Shown: piece by piece, positions 37,552-46,958 of the stretch | Layout of the letters: every line of letters begins with the position of its first letter | Numbering within the stretch: the first letter of the stretch is position 1 | DNA from: Chthonomonadaceae bacterium | GTDB lineage: Bacteria; Armatimonadota; Chthonomonadetes; Chthonomonadales; Chthonomonadaceae | Length of the DNA: 64,000 nucleotides | Direction of reading: 5' to 3' | Assembly (NCBI GenBank): GCA_035651115.1 | Contig: DASRGL010000431.1 | Location: 1,899-65,898, forward strand | Program-made: the position numbers and the translations under genes | The notes under the pieces: generated by a model | Told to the model about the DNA's origin: nothing | Database searches by the model: none | Seen by the model: only the letters and a program-made list of their open reading frames with translations

Positions 37552-38808
37552 GTGCGCGTTCTCATGCTGTCGTGGGAGTACCCGCCCAAGATCGTCGGAG
37601 GCATCGCCCGCCATGTCGAAGAACTGTCCTGGGCGCTGGCAAAGCGACCGGATACGGAAGTTCATGTCGTCACCTGTGAGTTTCCCGGCGCGCCCGCCGA
37701 AGAGACCTACAACGGGGTGCATATCCATCGGGTCACGCCCTACGACGCCCCCGGAGGCCACAAGGATTTCATCCACTGGGTGCATCAACTCAATGCCGCC
37801 ATGCGGGATCGCGCGCACGCTCTCTGCCGCGAATGGCTGGCCCCGAAGACCGCCGGCGGCACGCCCAAAGACCCCAAAAAGCTCTCCGAGAAGGACGGCA
37901 TCCTGCTCCATGCGCACGACTGGCTGGCCTATTTTGCCGGGGTCGAACTCAAGCACGCTTTCAAGCTGCCCTTCCTGGCGACCGTCCATGCCACCGAGTT
38001 CGGGCGCAACAACGGCATCCACTCCGACATTTCGCGCTATATTGACCATATCGAGCATAATCTCGTCAGCGAGGCGTGGCGCGTCATCGTCTGCTCCGGC
38101 TTTATGAAGGGCGAAGTCGAGTACGCGCTGCAAGTCCCGCCTGATAAGATAGACGTCATCTACAACGGCATCCACACAGAGAAGTTCGATTTCGAGTTCC
38201 CGCCGGACGAGGCCGCCGCGTTCCGCGCCCAGTTTGCGGCCCCGGAAGAGAAGATCATCATGTTCGTCGGGCGGGGCGTGCGGGAGAAGGGCGCGCAGGT
38301 TCTTATTGACGCCCTGCCGAAGGTGCGCGCCGGGTATCATGATACGAAGCTAGTCATCGCGGGCGGCGGGTATAAGCAGCACCTCATTGACCAGGCCAAC
38401 GCGCTCGGCGTCGGGCGGCACGTCTATTTCACCGGCTTCATTCGCGACGAGATGCTGCTGCGCCTCTACAAAGTGGCCGACGTCGCCTGCTTCCCCAGCC
38501 TCTACGAGCCGTTCGGCATCGTCGCGCTGGAAGCGATGGCCGCGCGCACGCCCGTTGTCGTCTCGGATGCGGGCGGGCTGAAAGAGATTGTCGAACCGGA
38601 CGTGACCGGAACCGTCACCTGGCTCAACAACAGCGACAGCCTGGCCTGGGGGCTGCTGCGCGTGCTGCACAATCCGCAGTTCGCCCGCGAGATGGCTGAC
38701 CGCGCCTATGAAGTCGTCAAGACGCGGTTCAACTGGGATCGCATCGCCGAGCAGACGGAGGCGGTCTACAAACGTATCTGGAAAGAGTACAAAGCGAGTG
38801 CGTGGTGA
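37552..38808 (+). CDS. GT4 family glycosyltransferase (glycogen-synthase-like)
   Basis: VRVLMLSWEYPPKIVGGIARHV N-terminus. C-terminal PSLYEPFGIVALEAMA (E-X7-E). GTG 37552 follows GGGAGGAGAGG. Confidence 0.85.
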   Translation: MRVLMLSWEYPPKIVGGIARHVEELSWALAKRPDTEVHVVTCEFPGAPAEETYNGVHIHRVTPYDAPGGHKDFIHWVHQLNAAMRDRAHALCREWLAPKTAGGTPKDPKKLSEKDGILLHAHDWLAYFAGVELKHAFKLPFLATVHATEFGRNNGIHSDISRYIDHIEHNLVSEAWRVIVCSGFMKGEVEYALQVPPDKIDVIYNGIHTEKFDFEFPPDEAAAFRAQFAAPEEKIIMFVGRGVREKGAQVLIDALPKVRAGYHDTKLVIAGGGYKQHLIDQANALGVGRHVYFTGFIRDEMLLRLYKVADVACFPSLYEPFGIVALEAMAARTPVVVSDAGGLKEIVEPDVTGTVTWLNNSDSLAWGLLRVLHNPQFAREMADRAYEVVKTRFNWDRIAEQTEAVYKRIWKEYKASAW

Positions 38809-38821
38809 AAGGAGTTCCGCG

Positions 38822-39301
38822 ATGAACGTTCCCGAATATGTGGCGAATCAGACCGAGCGCATAGCGGAGGCGCTGGCCCATTTTGTCGCGACGACAAAGG
38901 AAGACAAGCTCGACTGGCAGCCGACGCAGGAGGGCCACGCGCCCTGCCGTTCCGTCTACCAGCAGATCAGCGAGTGCGTCGTCGTCAACCGGGTTTTCGC
39001 CAGGATGCTGCGCGGGGAGATCGAGTCGGCCCCGCTTGGAGAGAGGCCGGAGATCACCTTTGCCAGCCCGCAGGACGCGCAGGAGCAGTTGCTTGCCAGC
39101 GCGCGGGAACTGGCCGAGGCCCTACGCGGGCTATCGGATGCAGACCTGGCCCGCGAGTACAAGCATCCGCGCGGGACGATGCGCGGCGAGAACTTTATCC
39201 TGATGGCCTACCGCAACATGGCCTATCATGCCGGGCAGATCAACTTCATTCAGACCCTCTACGGCGACACCGAGTTCCACGTGCCGTCCAACTGGCGCTG
39301 A
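38822..39301 (+). CDS. DinB-family protein
   Basis: 159 aa helical protein with a late NMAYHAGQINFIQ motif. ATG 38822 follows AAAGGAG. Confidence 0.7.
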   Translation: MNVPEYVANQTERIAEALAHFVATTKEDKLDWQPTQEGHAPCRSVYQQISECVVVNRVFARMLRGEIESAPLGERPEITFASPQDAQEQLLASARELAEALRGLSDADLAREYKHPRGTMRGENFILMAYRNMAYHAGQINFIQTLYGDTEFHVPSNWR

Positions 39302-39331
39302 AGCCGCACCGACGGGAGCCTTTGCGCCGCC

Positions 39332-41818
39332 ATGCAGACACGCCTCGATCCCCTCGCCCTGCTGGAACGTCCCGATAAGTGGTATCTCGGCGGCGGCAGA
39401 GCGACCCTATTCGCGCCCGCGTTCCCTATATGGCTCGATACCCCCGGCTTCTGGGACGAGGCGTATTTCGCCGATATTCGCCTGGAACGGCTGTTCTGCG
39501 TCCTGCTGCTAGATGAGAACGGGCGTCCGCTCACGCTGCGCCGCGCCGTGCGCCGCTGGACGCCCGACCGCCTGCTGCACATCTACACGGTGGAGGGCGC
39601 TCCCACTCTGCGCCTTCAGGAAGAGCGGGTCATCACCTCGAACGACACGCTCGCCTGCCGCCTCACCCTCTCCAACTCCGGCGCGGAACCGGCCCGCCTG
39701 CATCTGATGCTCTGGAGCCTGCAAACGCGGCAAGAACTGCCGCCTGGTCAGTTCGCCACAACGGTCGAGGCGGTGGAACGCGATCTCGACGCGCTCAGTT
39801 TTGCGCATCGCCTGCACTACGGACAGCCCGGCGACACGCCCGCCGAGGTCTACGGTTGGGGCGAGAGAGCAGCGCAGCCTCAGCCTGACAATCCCGTCGT
39901 CTATGTCGCGCTCGGCGGCAATCGCCTGCCCGACTCCTGGACGGTGAACCTGGCGGAGAGTGCGGATACCTCTCCGCTCTGGCAGGTCTCTATCTTCCCG
40001 GAGAAGTTTCGCGGCGGCACGCTGGCGCAGGAGATGCAGGCCGAAGCGGGCTGGAATCCGAACGGCCTGCTGCACCTGGCCCTGCACTATGTCGCGGAGG
40101 CCGCGCCGGGCGCGTCCGATTCGCTCACCTTCGGAGCCTCTATCGCCTTCGACCGCGCGACCGCCCTTGCCAATCTGCGCCGTGATATGACCAGTGATGT
40201 GGTCGCGCAGAGCCGCCGGAACTGGGAGAGCTATTTCGCCTCCGTTCCCTACTTCGAGTGCAGCGATCCCTACCTGGAACGCTACTACTGGTATCGCTGG
40301 TACGGCCTGCGCCTGCTGACGGTGGATTTGGCCCTCACCCCCGACCCCTCTCCCGCAGCGTGGGAGAGGGGAGAGGCTAATCACGGGCTTTCTCCTTCTT
40401 CCACACTCCAACAGAGTGAGAATGAGAGGGATATGCCTTTGTTACAGTCTCCCCTCTCCCGCAGCGTGGGAGAGGGGTCGGGGGTGAGGGCCGCTCATGC
40501 CCTCCCCTTCCCCTGCGTTTTCGAGGGCATCGGCGCATTCCGCGCGCACATCAGCTACTCGGCGCAGTGCCATATTCGAGAGACTTCCTGGATGCATGAC
40601 CGGGCGCTGGCGATGGGTTCGCTGGAGAACTTCCTTGCCAACCAGGTGCAGGAGGAGGGCCACCCGGACGACGGCTTTCTGCCGGGCCATCTCTATCTCT
40701 GGCGGCGCGACCGGGGATTCTATCATGCGAACTGGGGCGCGGCGGCGTTACAGGTCTACTACCTGACCGGCGACCGTGATTTTGTACGACGGGTGTATCC
40801 TGGTCTGGTGCGTTATGCGGAGTATTTCGACCGGGAGCGCGACCGCGAACAGAGCGGCCTCTACGATGTCCTCGACCAGGGAGAGACCGGGCAGGAGTAC
40901 ATGAGCCGCTACCTGTTCGTGGACGAGTCGGCGGACACCTGGCGCAAAATCCAGGTCAAAGGCGTGGACGCGACCTGCTATCTCTACGAGTTGCAGCGCG
41001 CCCTTGCCGTGTTCGCCCGCGCGTTGGGCGAGAAGGACGATGCGGCCTGGTGGGAGGAGAAGGCGGACGCGACGCGCGACGCCGTGCGGCGGTGGATGTG
41101 GGACGACGCGGAGCAGATTTTCAAGGATGTCCACCCGGAGACGCGGGAACGCTCGCCCTATAAAGCCGCCGTCGGCTTCTATCCGTTTCTGAGCGACATC
41201 GCGACGCCGCAGCATCTCTCTTCCCTGCGCGATCACCTGACCAACCCGGCGACCTTCGGCACGCCCTATCCGGTTCCAGCCAACAGCGCGGACGATCCCT
41301 ATTTCGACGCCGAGGCGGAGTGGAAAGGCAAGCGCACGAACTGTCCCTGGAACGGGCGTGTCTGGCCGATGACGACTTCGCATGTCGCGGAGGCGCTGGC
41401 AAACGCGGCCCGCACGCTTGCGCCCGACCTGCGCCCGGACGCCGCCGCGTTCATTCTGCGTTTTATCCGTATGTTGTTCCACGACGGCGACCCGAAGCGC
41501 CCGAACAGCTACGAACACTATAACCCCTATACCGGAATGCCCTGCCTCTATCGCGGCGTGGACGACTATCAGCACTCCTGGGTCGTAGACCTGATTATGA
41601 AGCACGTGGTCGGCATTCAGCCGGAGCCGGGGCCGAACGGAACGCTGGTGATTGATCCGCTGCCGTTCGACCTGGACAGTTTCCGCGCCGAAGGCATTCC
41701 CGTGCGCGGCCATCTCGTGGACGTGATCGTGGGGCGGGCGCAGGGCTTTCTCATCAACGTAGACGGCATCGAGCGCGTACAGTTGCCGACGCCGCAGCGA
41801 GTGGAGATCGTGTTATGA
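39332..41818 (+). CDS. Six-hairpin (alpha/alpha)6 glycoside hydrolase, GH63 / MGH1 / debranching-like
   Basis: C-terminal half has WRKIQVKGVDATCYLY and NCPWNGRVWPMTTSHVAEAL, as in GH63-like enzymes. Carries the repeat insertion at 40332-40490. Confidence 0.7.
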   Translation: MQTRLDPLALLERPDKWYLGGGRATLFAPAFPIWLDTPGFWDEAYFADIRLERLFCVLLLDENGRPLTLRRAVRRWTPDRLLHIYTVEGAPTLRLQEERVITSNDTLACRLTLSNSGAEPARLHLMLWSLQTRQELPPGQFATTVEAVERDLDALSFAHRLHYGQPGDTPAEVYGWGERAAQPQPDNPVVYVALGGNRLPDSWTVNLAESADTSPLWQVSIFPEKFRGGTLAQEMQAEAGWNPNGLLHLALHYVAEAAPGASDSLTFGASIAFDRATALANLRRDMTSDVVAQSRRNWESYFASVPYFECSDPYLERYYWYRWYGLRLLTVDLALTPDPSPAAWERGEANHGLSPSSTLQQSENERDMPLLQSPLSRSVGEGSGVRAAHALPFPCVFEGIGAFRAHISYSAQCHIRETSWMHDRALAMGSLENFLANQVQEEGHPDDGFLPGHLYLWRRDRGFYHANWGAAALQVYYLTGDRDFVRRVYPGLVRYAEYFDRERDREQSGLYDVLDQGETGQEYMSRYLFVDESADTWRKIQVKGVDATCYLYELQRALAVFARALGEKDDAAWWEEKADATRDAVRRWMWDDAEQIFKDVHPETRERSPYKAAVGFYPFLSDIATPQHLSSLRDHLTNPATFGTPYPVPANSADDPYFDAEAEWKGKRTNCPWNGRVWPMTTSHVAEALANAARTLAPDLRPDAAAFILRFIRMLFHDGDPKRPNSYEHYNPYTGMPCLYRGVDDYQHSWVVDLIMKHVVGIQPEPGPNGTLVIDPLPFDLDSFRAEGIPVRGHLVDVIVGRAQGFLINVDGIERVQLPTPQRVEIVL
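40332..40490. repeat. Full-length type A MITE-like element (159 bp) inside the glycoside hydrolase ORF
   Basis: Left end is CCCTCACCCCCGA plus CCCCTCTCCC-GCAGCGT-GGGAGAGGGG. Right end is CCCCTCTCCC-GCAGCGT-GGGAGAGGGG plus TCGGGGGTGAGGG. The 79-bp core has lower GC. Confidence 0.85.
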
Positions 41819-42483
41819 TTCGCGGACTTATCTTTGACTTTGACGGACTGATTCTGGATACCGAACTGCCGGACTACGAGTCCTGGAAGGAGATATACGA
41901 GGCGCACGGCGGCGCGCTGCCCTTCTCGGTCTGGTCGGAGTGCATCGGGGCGACGAAGTTCTCGTTCGATCCGTTCGACAATCTGGCAAGCCAGGTCGCC
42001 ACGCCCCTGGATCGCGAGGAGGTTCGGGAGCGGCGAATGCGGCGCTATCTGGAGATGATCGAGGCGCAGGCCGTGTTGCCCGGCGTGGAGGCCGCCATCG
42101 CCGACGCACATCGGCTCGGCCTGAAGATCGGGCTGGCGTCCAGTTCCCGGCGCGATTGGGTCGTCGGGCATCTGACCCGGCTCGGCCTGCACGCCCATTT
42201 CGATACGATCCAGACCGCCGACGACGTGACGCACACCAAGCCGCACCCGGAACTCTATCTGGCGGCATTGGACGCGCTCGGATTGCAGCCGAAGGAGGCC
42301 ATCGCTATCGAAGACTCGCCTGTCGGCATCCGGGCGGCCAACAATGCGGGCATCTTCTGCGTCGCGATCCCGAACGCACTGACCCGCCAGTTGCCGATAG
42401 ATCATGCCGACCTGCGCCTCGACTCTCTGGCCGAACTCCCCTTAGAGCGACTGCTGGCGCTGGTCGAGGAGACGCGCGGATGA
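41815..42483 (+). CDS. HAD-superfamily hydrolase (beta-phosphoglucomutase/phosphatase-like)
   Basis: LIFDFDGLILDTE (motif I) and EDSPVGIRAANNAG. Its start overlaps the previous stop (ATGA). Confidence 0.9.
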   Translation: MIRGLIFDFDGLILDTELPDYESWKEIYEAHGGALPFSVWSECIGATKFSFDPFDNLASQVATPLDREEVRERRMRRYLEMIEAQAVLPGVEAAIADAHRLGLKIGLASSSRRDWVVGHLTRLGLHAHFDTIQTADDVTHTKPHPELYLAALDALGLQPKEAIAIEDSPVGIRAANNAGIFCVAIPNALTRQLPIDHADLRLDSLAELPLERLLALVEETRG

Positions 42484-44075
42484 ACGACACGCCCCTGACG
42501 CTGACGCTGGACATCGGCACCTCTTCGACGCGCGCCCTGCTGTGGGATACCAACGGCGCGGAGGTCGAAGGCGTGCGGGCGCAGACGCCGTACCAGATGC
42601 GCACGACGCCCGATGGCGGCGTCGAGATGCCCGCCGAGGAGATGCTGGCGCATGTTGGGGAGTGCCTGGATCAGGCGTTAGCGCAGGCAGGCGACCGGGC
42701 GCAGGCGATCCGCGCGGTGGGCATCTCGACCTTCTGGCACTCGCTGCTCGGCCTCGATGCGGGCGGCGAACCGATCACCCCGATCTATAGCTGGGCCGAT
42801 ACGCGCGCTGCCGATGCCGCCCGCGCCCTACGAGAACGGCTGGACGAGTCCGCCGTTCATGCCCGCACCGGCTGTGTGATACATCCGTCGTACTATCCCG
42901 CGAAACTGGCCTGGCTTCAGGAGGCGCAGCCGGAACTCATCTGCCGCGTCGCGCGCTGGGTCTCGCCGAGCGAGTTCCTCTTTGCCCGCTTCTTCGGGCC
43001 GGACGCCTGCCGGGTCTCCGTCTCAATGGCCTCCGGCACGGGCCTGATGAACCAGGAACAGGGCCGCTGGGATGGCGAAACTCTGGCCGCACTTGGCCTG
43101 CCGGAGGAGAAGCTGTCGCCCATCGTGGACCTGAGCGCGAGTTCGCAGGGGTTGCAGGGGGAGTTCGCGGCGCGCTGGCCCGCCCTCCGCGACGTGCCGT
43201 TCTTCCCGGCGGTCGGAGATGGAGCGTGCAGCAACGTCGGCAGCGGATGTGTCTCGCCGGAGCGGTTCGCCATCAACCTCGGCACGTCCGGCGCGATCCG
43301 CGCTATCTGGGAGGAAACACAGGGAAGGGGGAAGAGGGAAGCGGGAAGCGTAGGGGCGCAGCAAGTAGCGCCCTCCGCAGCCTCTCCCCTCTCCCGCAGC
43401 GTGGGAGAGGGGTCGGGGGTGAGGGTCACATCTTCCCCAACGCCTCCCGGCCTGTGGCGCTACCGGGTGGACGCGCGCCGTCCGATCCTGGGAGCCGCCT
43501 TCAGCGACGGCGGCAGCGTCTACGCCTGGATGAAGCGCACGCTGCGACTGCCGCCCGACGAGGAACTGGAACGCCGCCTCGCCGCGATGGAACCGGGCGC
43601 GCACGGGCTGAGTTTCCTGCCCTTTCTGTCGGGCGAACGCAGTCTCGGCTGGCATCCTGACGCGCGCGGCGCGCTGGTCGGCATGAACCTGGACACTCAC
43701 CCGGTCGAGATGCTGCGGGCCGCGATGGAGGCGGTGGCGATGCAGTTCGCATTGGCGGCGGAGCGATTGCGGAAGCGGTTCCCGCAGGCGCGCGAGATCA
43801 TTGCGTCCGGCGGCGCACTCGGCCACTCGCCGGCCTGGACGCAGATGTTTGCCGATGCGCTGGGCCAGCCGGTGACGCTGGCGGCGGAGGCGGAGGCGAG
43901 CAGTCGAGGCGCGGCCCTGCTGGCGATGGAGGCGGCGGGCCTGATCGAGAGCGTCCGCACGCCGGAAGCGCGCCTGGGAACGACCTTTACGCCCGATGAG
44001 TCCCGCCATGCCCGCTATGCCGAGATGCAGGCCCGCCAGCAGCGGTACTACGCCCGGCTTATCGAGGAACCGTGA
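42480..44075 (+). CDS. FGGY-family carbohydrate kinase (gluconokinase/xylulokinase-like)
   Basis: LTLDIGTSSTRALLWD N-terminus. INLGTSGAIR. ASGGALGHSPAWTQMFADALG. ATG 42480 overlaps the HAD stop. The track ORF 41940..44075 includes a spurious N-terminal extension. Confidence 0.85.
   Translation: MNDTPLTLTLDIGTSSTRALLWDTNGAEVEGVRAQTPYQMRTTPDGGVEMPAEEMLAHVGECLDQALAQAGDRAQAIRAVGISTFWHSLLGLDAGGEPITPIYSWADTRAADAARALRERLDESAVHARTGCVIHPSYYPAKLAWLQEAQPELICRVARWVSPSEFLFARFFGPDACRVSVSMASGTGLMNQEQGRWDGETLAALGLPEEKLSPIVDLSASSQGLQGEFAARWPALRDVPFFPAVGDGACSNVGSGCVSPERFAINLGTSGAIRAIWEETQGRGKREAGSVGAQQVAPSAASPLSRSVGEGSGVRVTSSPTPPGLWRYRVDARRPILGAAFSDGGSVYAWMKRTLRLPPDEELERRLAAMEPGAHGLSFLPFLSGERSLGWHPDARGALVGMNLDTHPVEMLRAAMEAVAMQFALAAERLRKRFPQAREIIASGGALGHSPAWTQMFADALGQPVTLAAEAEASSRGAALLAMEAAGLIESVRTPEARLGTTFTPDESRHARYAEMQARQQRYYARLIEEP
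43386..43426. repeat. Solo type A repeat end inside the FGGY kinase ORF
   Basis: CCCCTCTCCC-GCAGCGT-GGGAGAGGGG-TCGGGGGTGAGGGT. Identical to 40451-40490 over hairpin, loop and tail, with one extra T at the 3' end. Translated as SPLSRSVGEGSGVRV. Confidence 0.85.
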
Positions 44076-44158
44076 GGAGAGTTTGCGCCGCTTTACCACA
44101 CCCTTTATGGCCGGGGCCAGGCCGTTTCCACTGCCGCGACGGGTTTTGCTGTACGCTC

Positions 44159-44938
44159 TCAAGCAGGCTGGCGCTCGAACAGGAGGCGCAGCCCTTCCAG
44201 TGTGACCAGTTGATCCACGACCTCGATGGTACGGCTCTCTTTATGGATCAGTTCGGCCAGGCCGCCCGTCGCGATAACACGCGCCCCCTGCCCCAACTCC
44301 TGCCGGAAGCGATCCACCATCGCGTCCGTCTGGCCTGCATAGCCGAAGACAAGGCCGCTCTGCATGGCGTGAACGGTCGTGGTTCCGATAGCGTGGGGCG
44401 GGGCGACCAGTTCCACGCGATACAGGCGGGCCGCCTGCCGGAACAGCGCGTCCATCGAGATGCCGATGCCCGGAATGATCGCGCCGCCGAGGTAGTCGCC
44501 GTTTGCAGCGATGGCGTCGAACGTCGTGGCCGTGCCGAAATCCACGACGATGGCCGGGCCTCCGTACTTCGCGAACGCGCCGATGGCATTGCAGATACGG
44601 TCGGCTCCCACGTCGGAAGCGGGCTGATAGTGGATGCAGATGCCCGTCTCGCTCTCCGGCCCGACAAAAAACGGCTCGGTCTGAAGATAGCGGCGCGAGA
44701 GATCGGCCAGCGTCTCGTTCATCGTCGGCACGACGCTGGAGATGGCGACTTGCCGCACCTCGCGGAGCGCGATGCCTCGATACTCCAGCAGTTCCTTGAC
44801 CAGCATCCCGTGCTCGTCCGTCGTGCGCTCCCGGTCGGTGCGGATGCGCCAGTCCCCGATGAGTTTGGCCTGGTCTCCGCGACCGCGATAGACCCCCAGC
44901 ACGATATTGGTGTTGCCCACATCAATCGCCAGCAGCAT
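44159..44938 (-). CDS. coaX: Type III pantothenate kinase
   Basis: MLLAIDVGNTNIVLGVY ... VVDFGTATTFD ... ATGGLA. Confidence 0.9.
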   Translation of the reverse strand: MLLAIDVGNTNIVLGVYRGRGDQAKLIGDWRIRTDRERTTDEHGMLVKELLEYRGIALREVRQVAISSVVPTMNETLADLSRRYLQTEPFFVGPESETGICIHYQPASDVGADRICNAIGAFAKYGGPAIVVDFGTATTFDAIAANGDYLGGAIIPGIGISMDALFRQAARLYRVELVAPPHAIGTTTVHAMQSGLVFGYAGQTDAMVDRFRQELGQGARVIATGGLAELIHKESRTIEVVDQLVTLEGLRLLFERQPA

Positions 44939-45072
44939 CTCCGCACCTCTCGTTCATCCTGCCTACAAGGTCTCGGTCTTTTCTCGTGTACCTGCGTGCC
45001 TTGCGTGGATTCCTTTGCTTGTGCGTAAGTATACCAGAAGCAGGCGACCCGCGCCCTGCGGAGGCCGCCTTC

Positions 45073-45101
45073 TTGACAAGAGTACGCCAAGATATTATAA
45101 T
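45073..45101 (+). promoter_or_regulatory. Consensus sigma70 promoter
   Basis: TTGACA, exactly 17 nt of spacer, then TATAAT. About 95 nt upstream of ATG 45199. Confidence 0.7.
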
Positions 45102-45198
45102 CTCGGCAGCAATCTATTCTACAAACACGCGGCAGCGGGAGTCCTTCCGCCTGTGTCCCGGCAGCCGCGCCCATGCGAATGAGAGGGTGAATCCGAAA

Positions 45199-46347
45199 AT
45201 GGCCGGCGTGACGCTTAAAGATTTAACCAAGACCTTCAATAAGGTGACTGCGGTCAACAGTATCAATCTGGACATTCGGGACAAAGAGTTTATGGTTCTG
45301 GTCGGCCCCTCCGGGTGCGGCAAGACGACAGCCCTGCGCATGATCGCAGGGCTGGAGGAGGCGACCTCCGGCGAGATACGCATCGGAGATCGTCTCGTTA
45401 ACGATGTCTCGCCTAAAGACCGGGACATCGCGATGGTCTTCCAGAACTATGCGCTCTATCCCCACATGAACGTCTATGAGAACATGAGTTTCGGCCTCCG
45501 CTTGAAGCGCACGCCTACCGGTGGCGTCTGGCCGCTCAACTCCCGGCGCACCTACTCGAAAGAGGAGATAGACCGGCGCGTGACCGAGGCAGCGGAGATG
45601 CTGGGCCTGAAACCCTTGCTGCACCGCAAGCCCAAAGAACTCTCCGGCGGACAGCGCCAGCGCGTCGCGCTCGGACGCGCCATCGTGCGGGAGCCGAAGG
45701 TCTTCCTGATGGATGAGCCGCTCTCCAACCTGGATGCCAAGCTGCGCGTGCAGACCCGCGCCGATCTTATCAAGCTGCATCGCCGCCTGGGTATCACGAC
45801 CGTCTATGTCACGCACGATCAGGTGGAGGCGATGACGATGGGCGACCGGATCGCCGTCATGAACAACGGCGTCATTCAGCAGGTAGACCGCCCGCTCACC
45901 CTCTACAATCAGCCCGCCAATCTGTTCGTCGCCGGGTTCATCGGCTCTCCCGCCATGAACTTCGTCCCGGTCAATATTGTGCAGCAAGGCAGCGATCTCC
46001 TGGCGGACGCGGGCAGTTTTCAGGTCGTGCTGCCGCCGAAGCAGGCCGAGCGCGCCCGCGACCATATCGGCAAGTCCTGCACGTTCGGCATCCGCCCGGA
46101 GGACATCTACGACAAGCAGATCGCCGCGCTGGTGACCCCGACGCCCGGCAACACCATCACGGTAGATGTGGACGTCACCGAGCCGCTCGGCAGCGAGATC
46201 GAGATGTATCTGAAGGCGGGCGATGTCTCCCTGATCGCGATGGTGGATAGCGCGTCGCAGGCCAGAGTCGGCGACAGGATCGAGGTCGTCTTCGATATGG
46301 ACAAGTCGCACCTGTTCGACAAGGAGACCGAGCAGGCGTTGTACTGA
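45199..46347 (+). CDS. Sugar ABC transporter ATP-binding protein (MalK/UgpC/MsmX-like)
   Basis: GPSGCGKTT, LSGGQRQRVALGRA, FLMDEPLSNLD. C-terminal TOBE/MalK-type regulatory domain. Confidence 0.9.
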   Translation: MAGVTLKDLTKTFNKVTAVNSINLDIRDKEFMVLVGPSGCGKTTALRMIAGLEEATSGEIRIGDRLVNDVSPKDRDIAMVFQNYALYPHMNVYENMSFGLRLKRTPTGGVWPLNSRRTYSKEEIDRRVTEAAEMLGLKPLLHRKPKELSGGQRQRVALGRAIVREPKVFLMDEPLSNLDAKLRVQTRADLIKLHRRLGITTVYVTHDQVEAMTMGDRIAVMNNGVIQQVDRPLTLYNQPANLFVAGFIGSPAMNFVPVNIVQQGSDLLADAGSFQVVLPPKQAERARDHIGKSCTFGIRPEDIYDKQIAALVTPTPGNTITVDVDVTEPLGSEIEMYLKAGDVSLIAMVDSASQARVGDRIEVVFDMDKSHLFDKETEQALY

Positions 46348-46395
46348 GCAACGTGTGGATGGCAGCCGAGAAACGCCAAAGCTTACAGGAAGATT

Positions 46396-46427
46396 TCGGG
46401 CCAGCGATAGCTCTCTATCGCTGGCCC
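46396..46427 (+). terminator. Intrinsic terminator
   Basis: CGGGCCAGCGATAG-CTCT-CTATCGCTGGCCCG followed by ATTCATGTCTTT. Confidence 0.7.
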
Positions 46428-46958
46428 GATTCATGTCTTTGGCTCCGGCGGCGGAAAATATCGCAAAATATCGGGAACACGGCGGGCGATTTGCCCGTCA
46501 TTTTGCGCGAAGTCCACACAATCTGGACGGCAGCAACATAAAACAGACGCAAAAGTGAATATCGTTCCCCACAGCGGCCAGGGCGTCGCTGCGGAGTTGA
46601 GGCCAAGAGCGTCTGCGGCAATGTTTGTCATGGGCATTGCGTAGGCGCTCGTTTACATAGGATGCAGTCATAAGCGCGGACGACAACCTGCGGCGGTTCC
46701 CGCAGCATAAAGACAACCGAAGAACGACAACTGCATAGCGCGTCACAACAGCACAACGACCCGACAACCGAAGAGGACGCTCTATGACTGCATCGGCAAC
46801 CATACATCGGATAGTTTCTCATGCGGACATGCGACCGCGACGGTTTGGGCGAGCGCCCGAAAGCTATCGAGGATACTCCCGTTTTCGACGGTCGCAACAA
46901 GGAACGACACACAACAAATCGGCGCGGCGCATTCTAGCCGCACACAAAGGAGACTACA

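Noticed and set aside
41940-42479. N-terminal 180 residues of the 711-aa track ORF 41940..44075
   Set aside because: This part overlaps the well-supported HAD hydrolase in another frame and is Arg/Gly/Pro-rich. The kinase N-terminal motif begins at ATG 42480, which overlaps the HAD stop.
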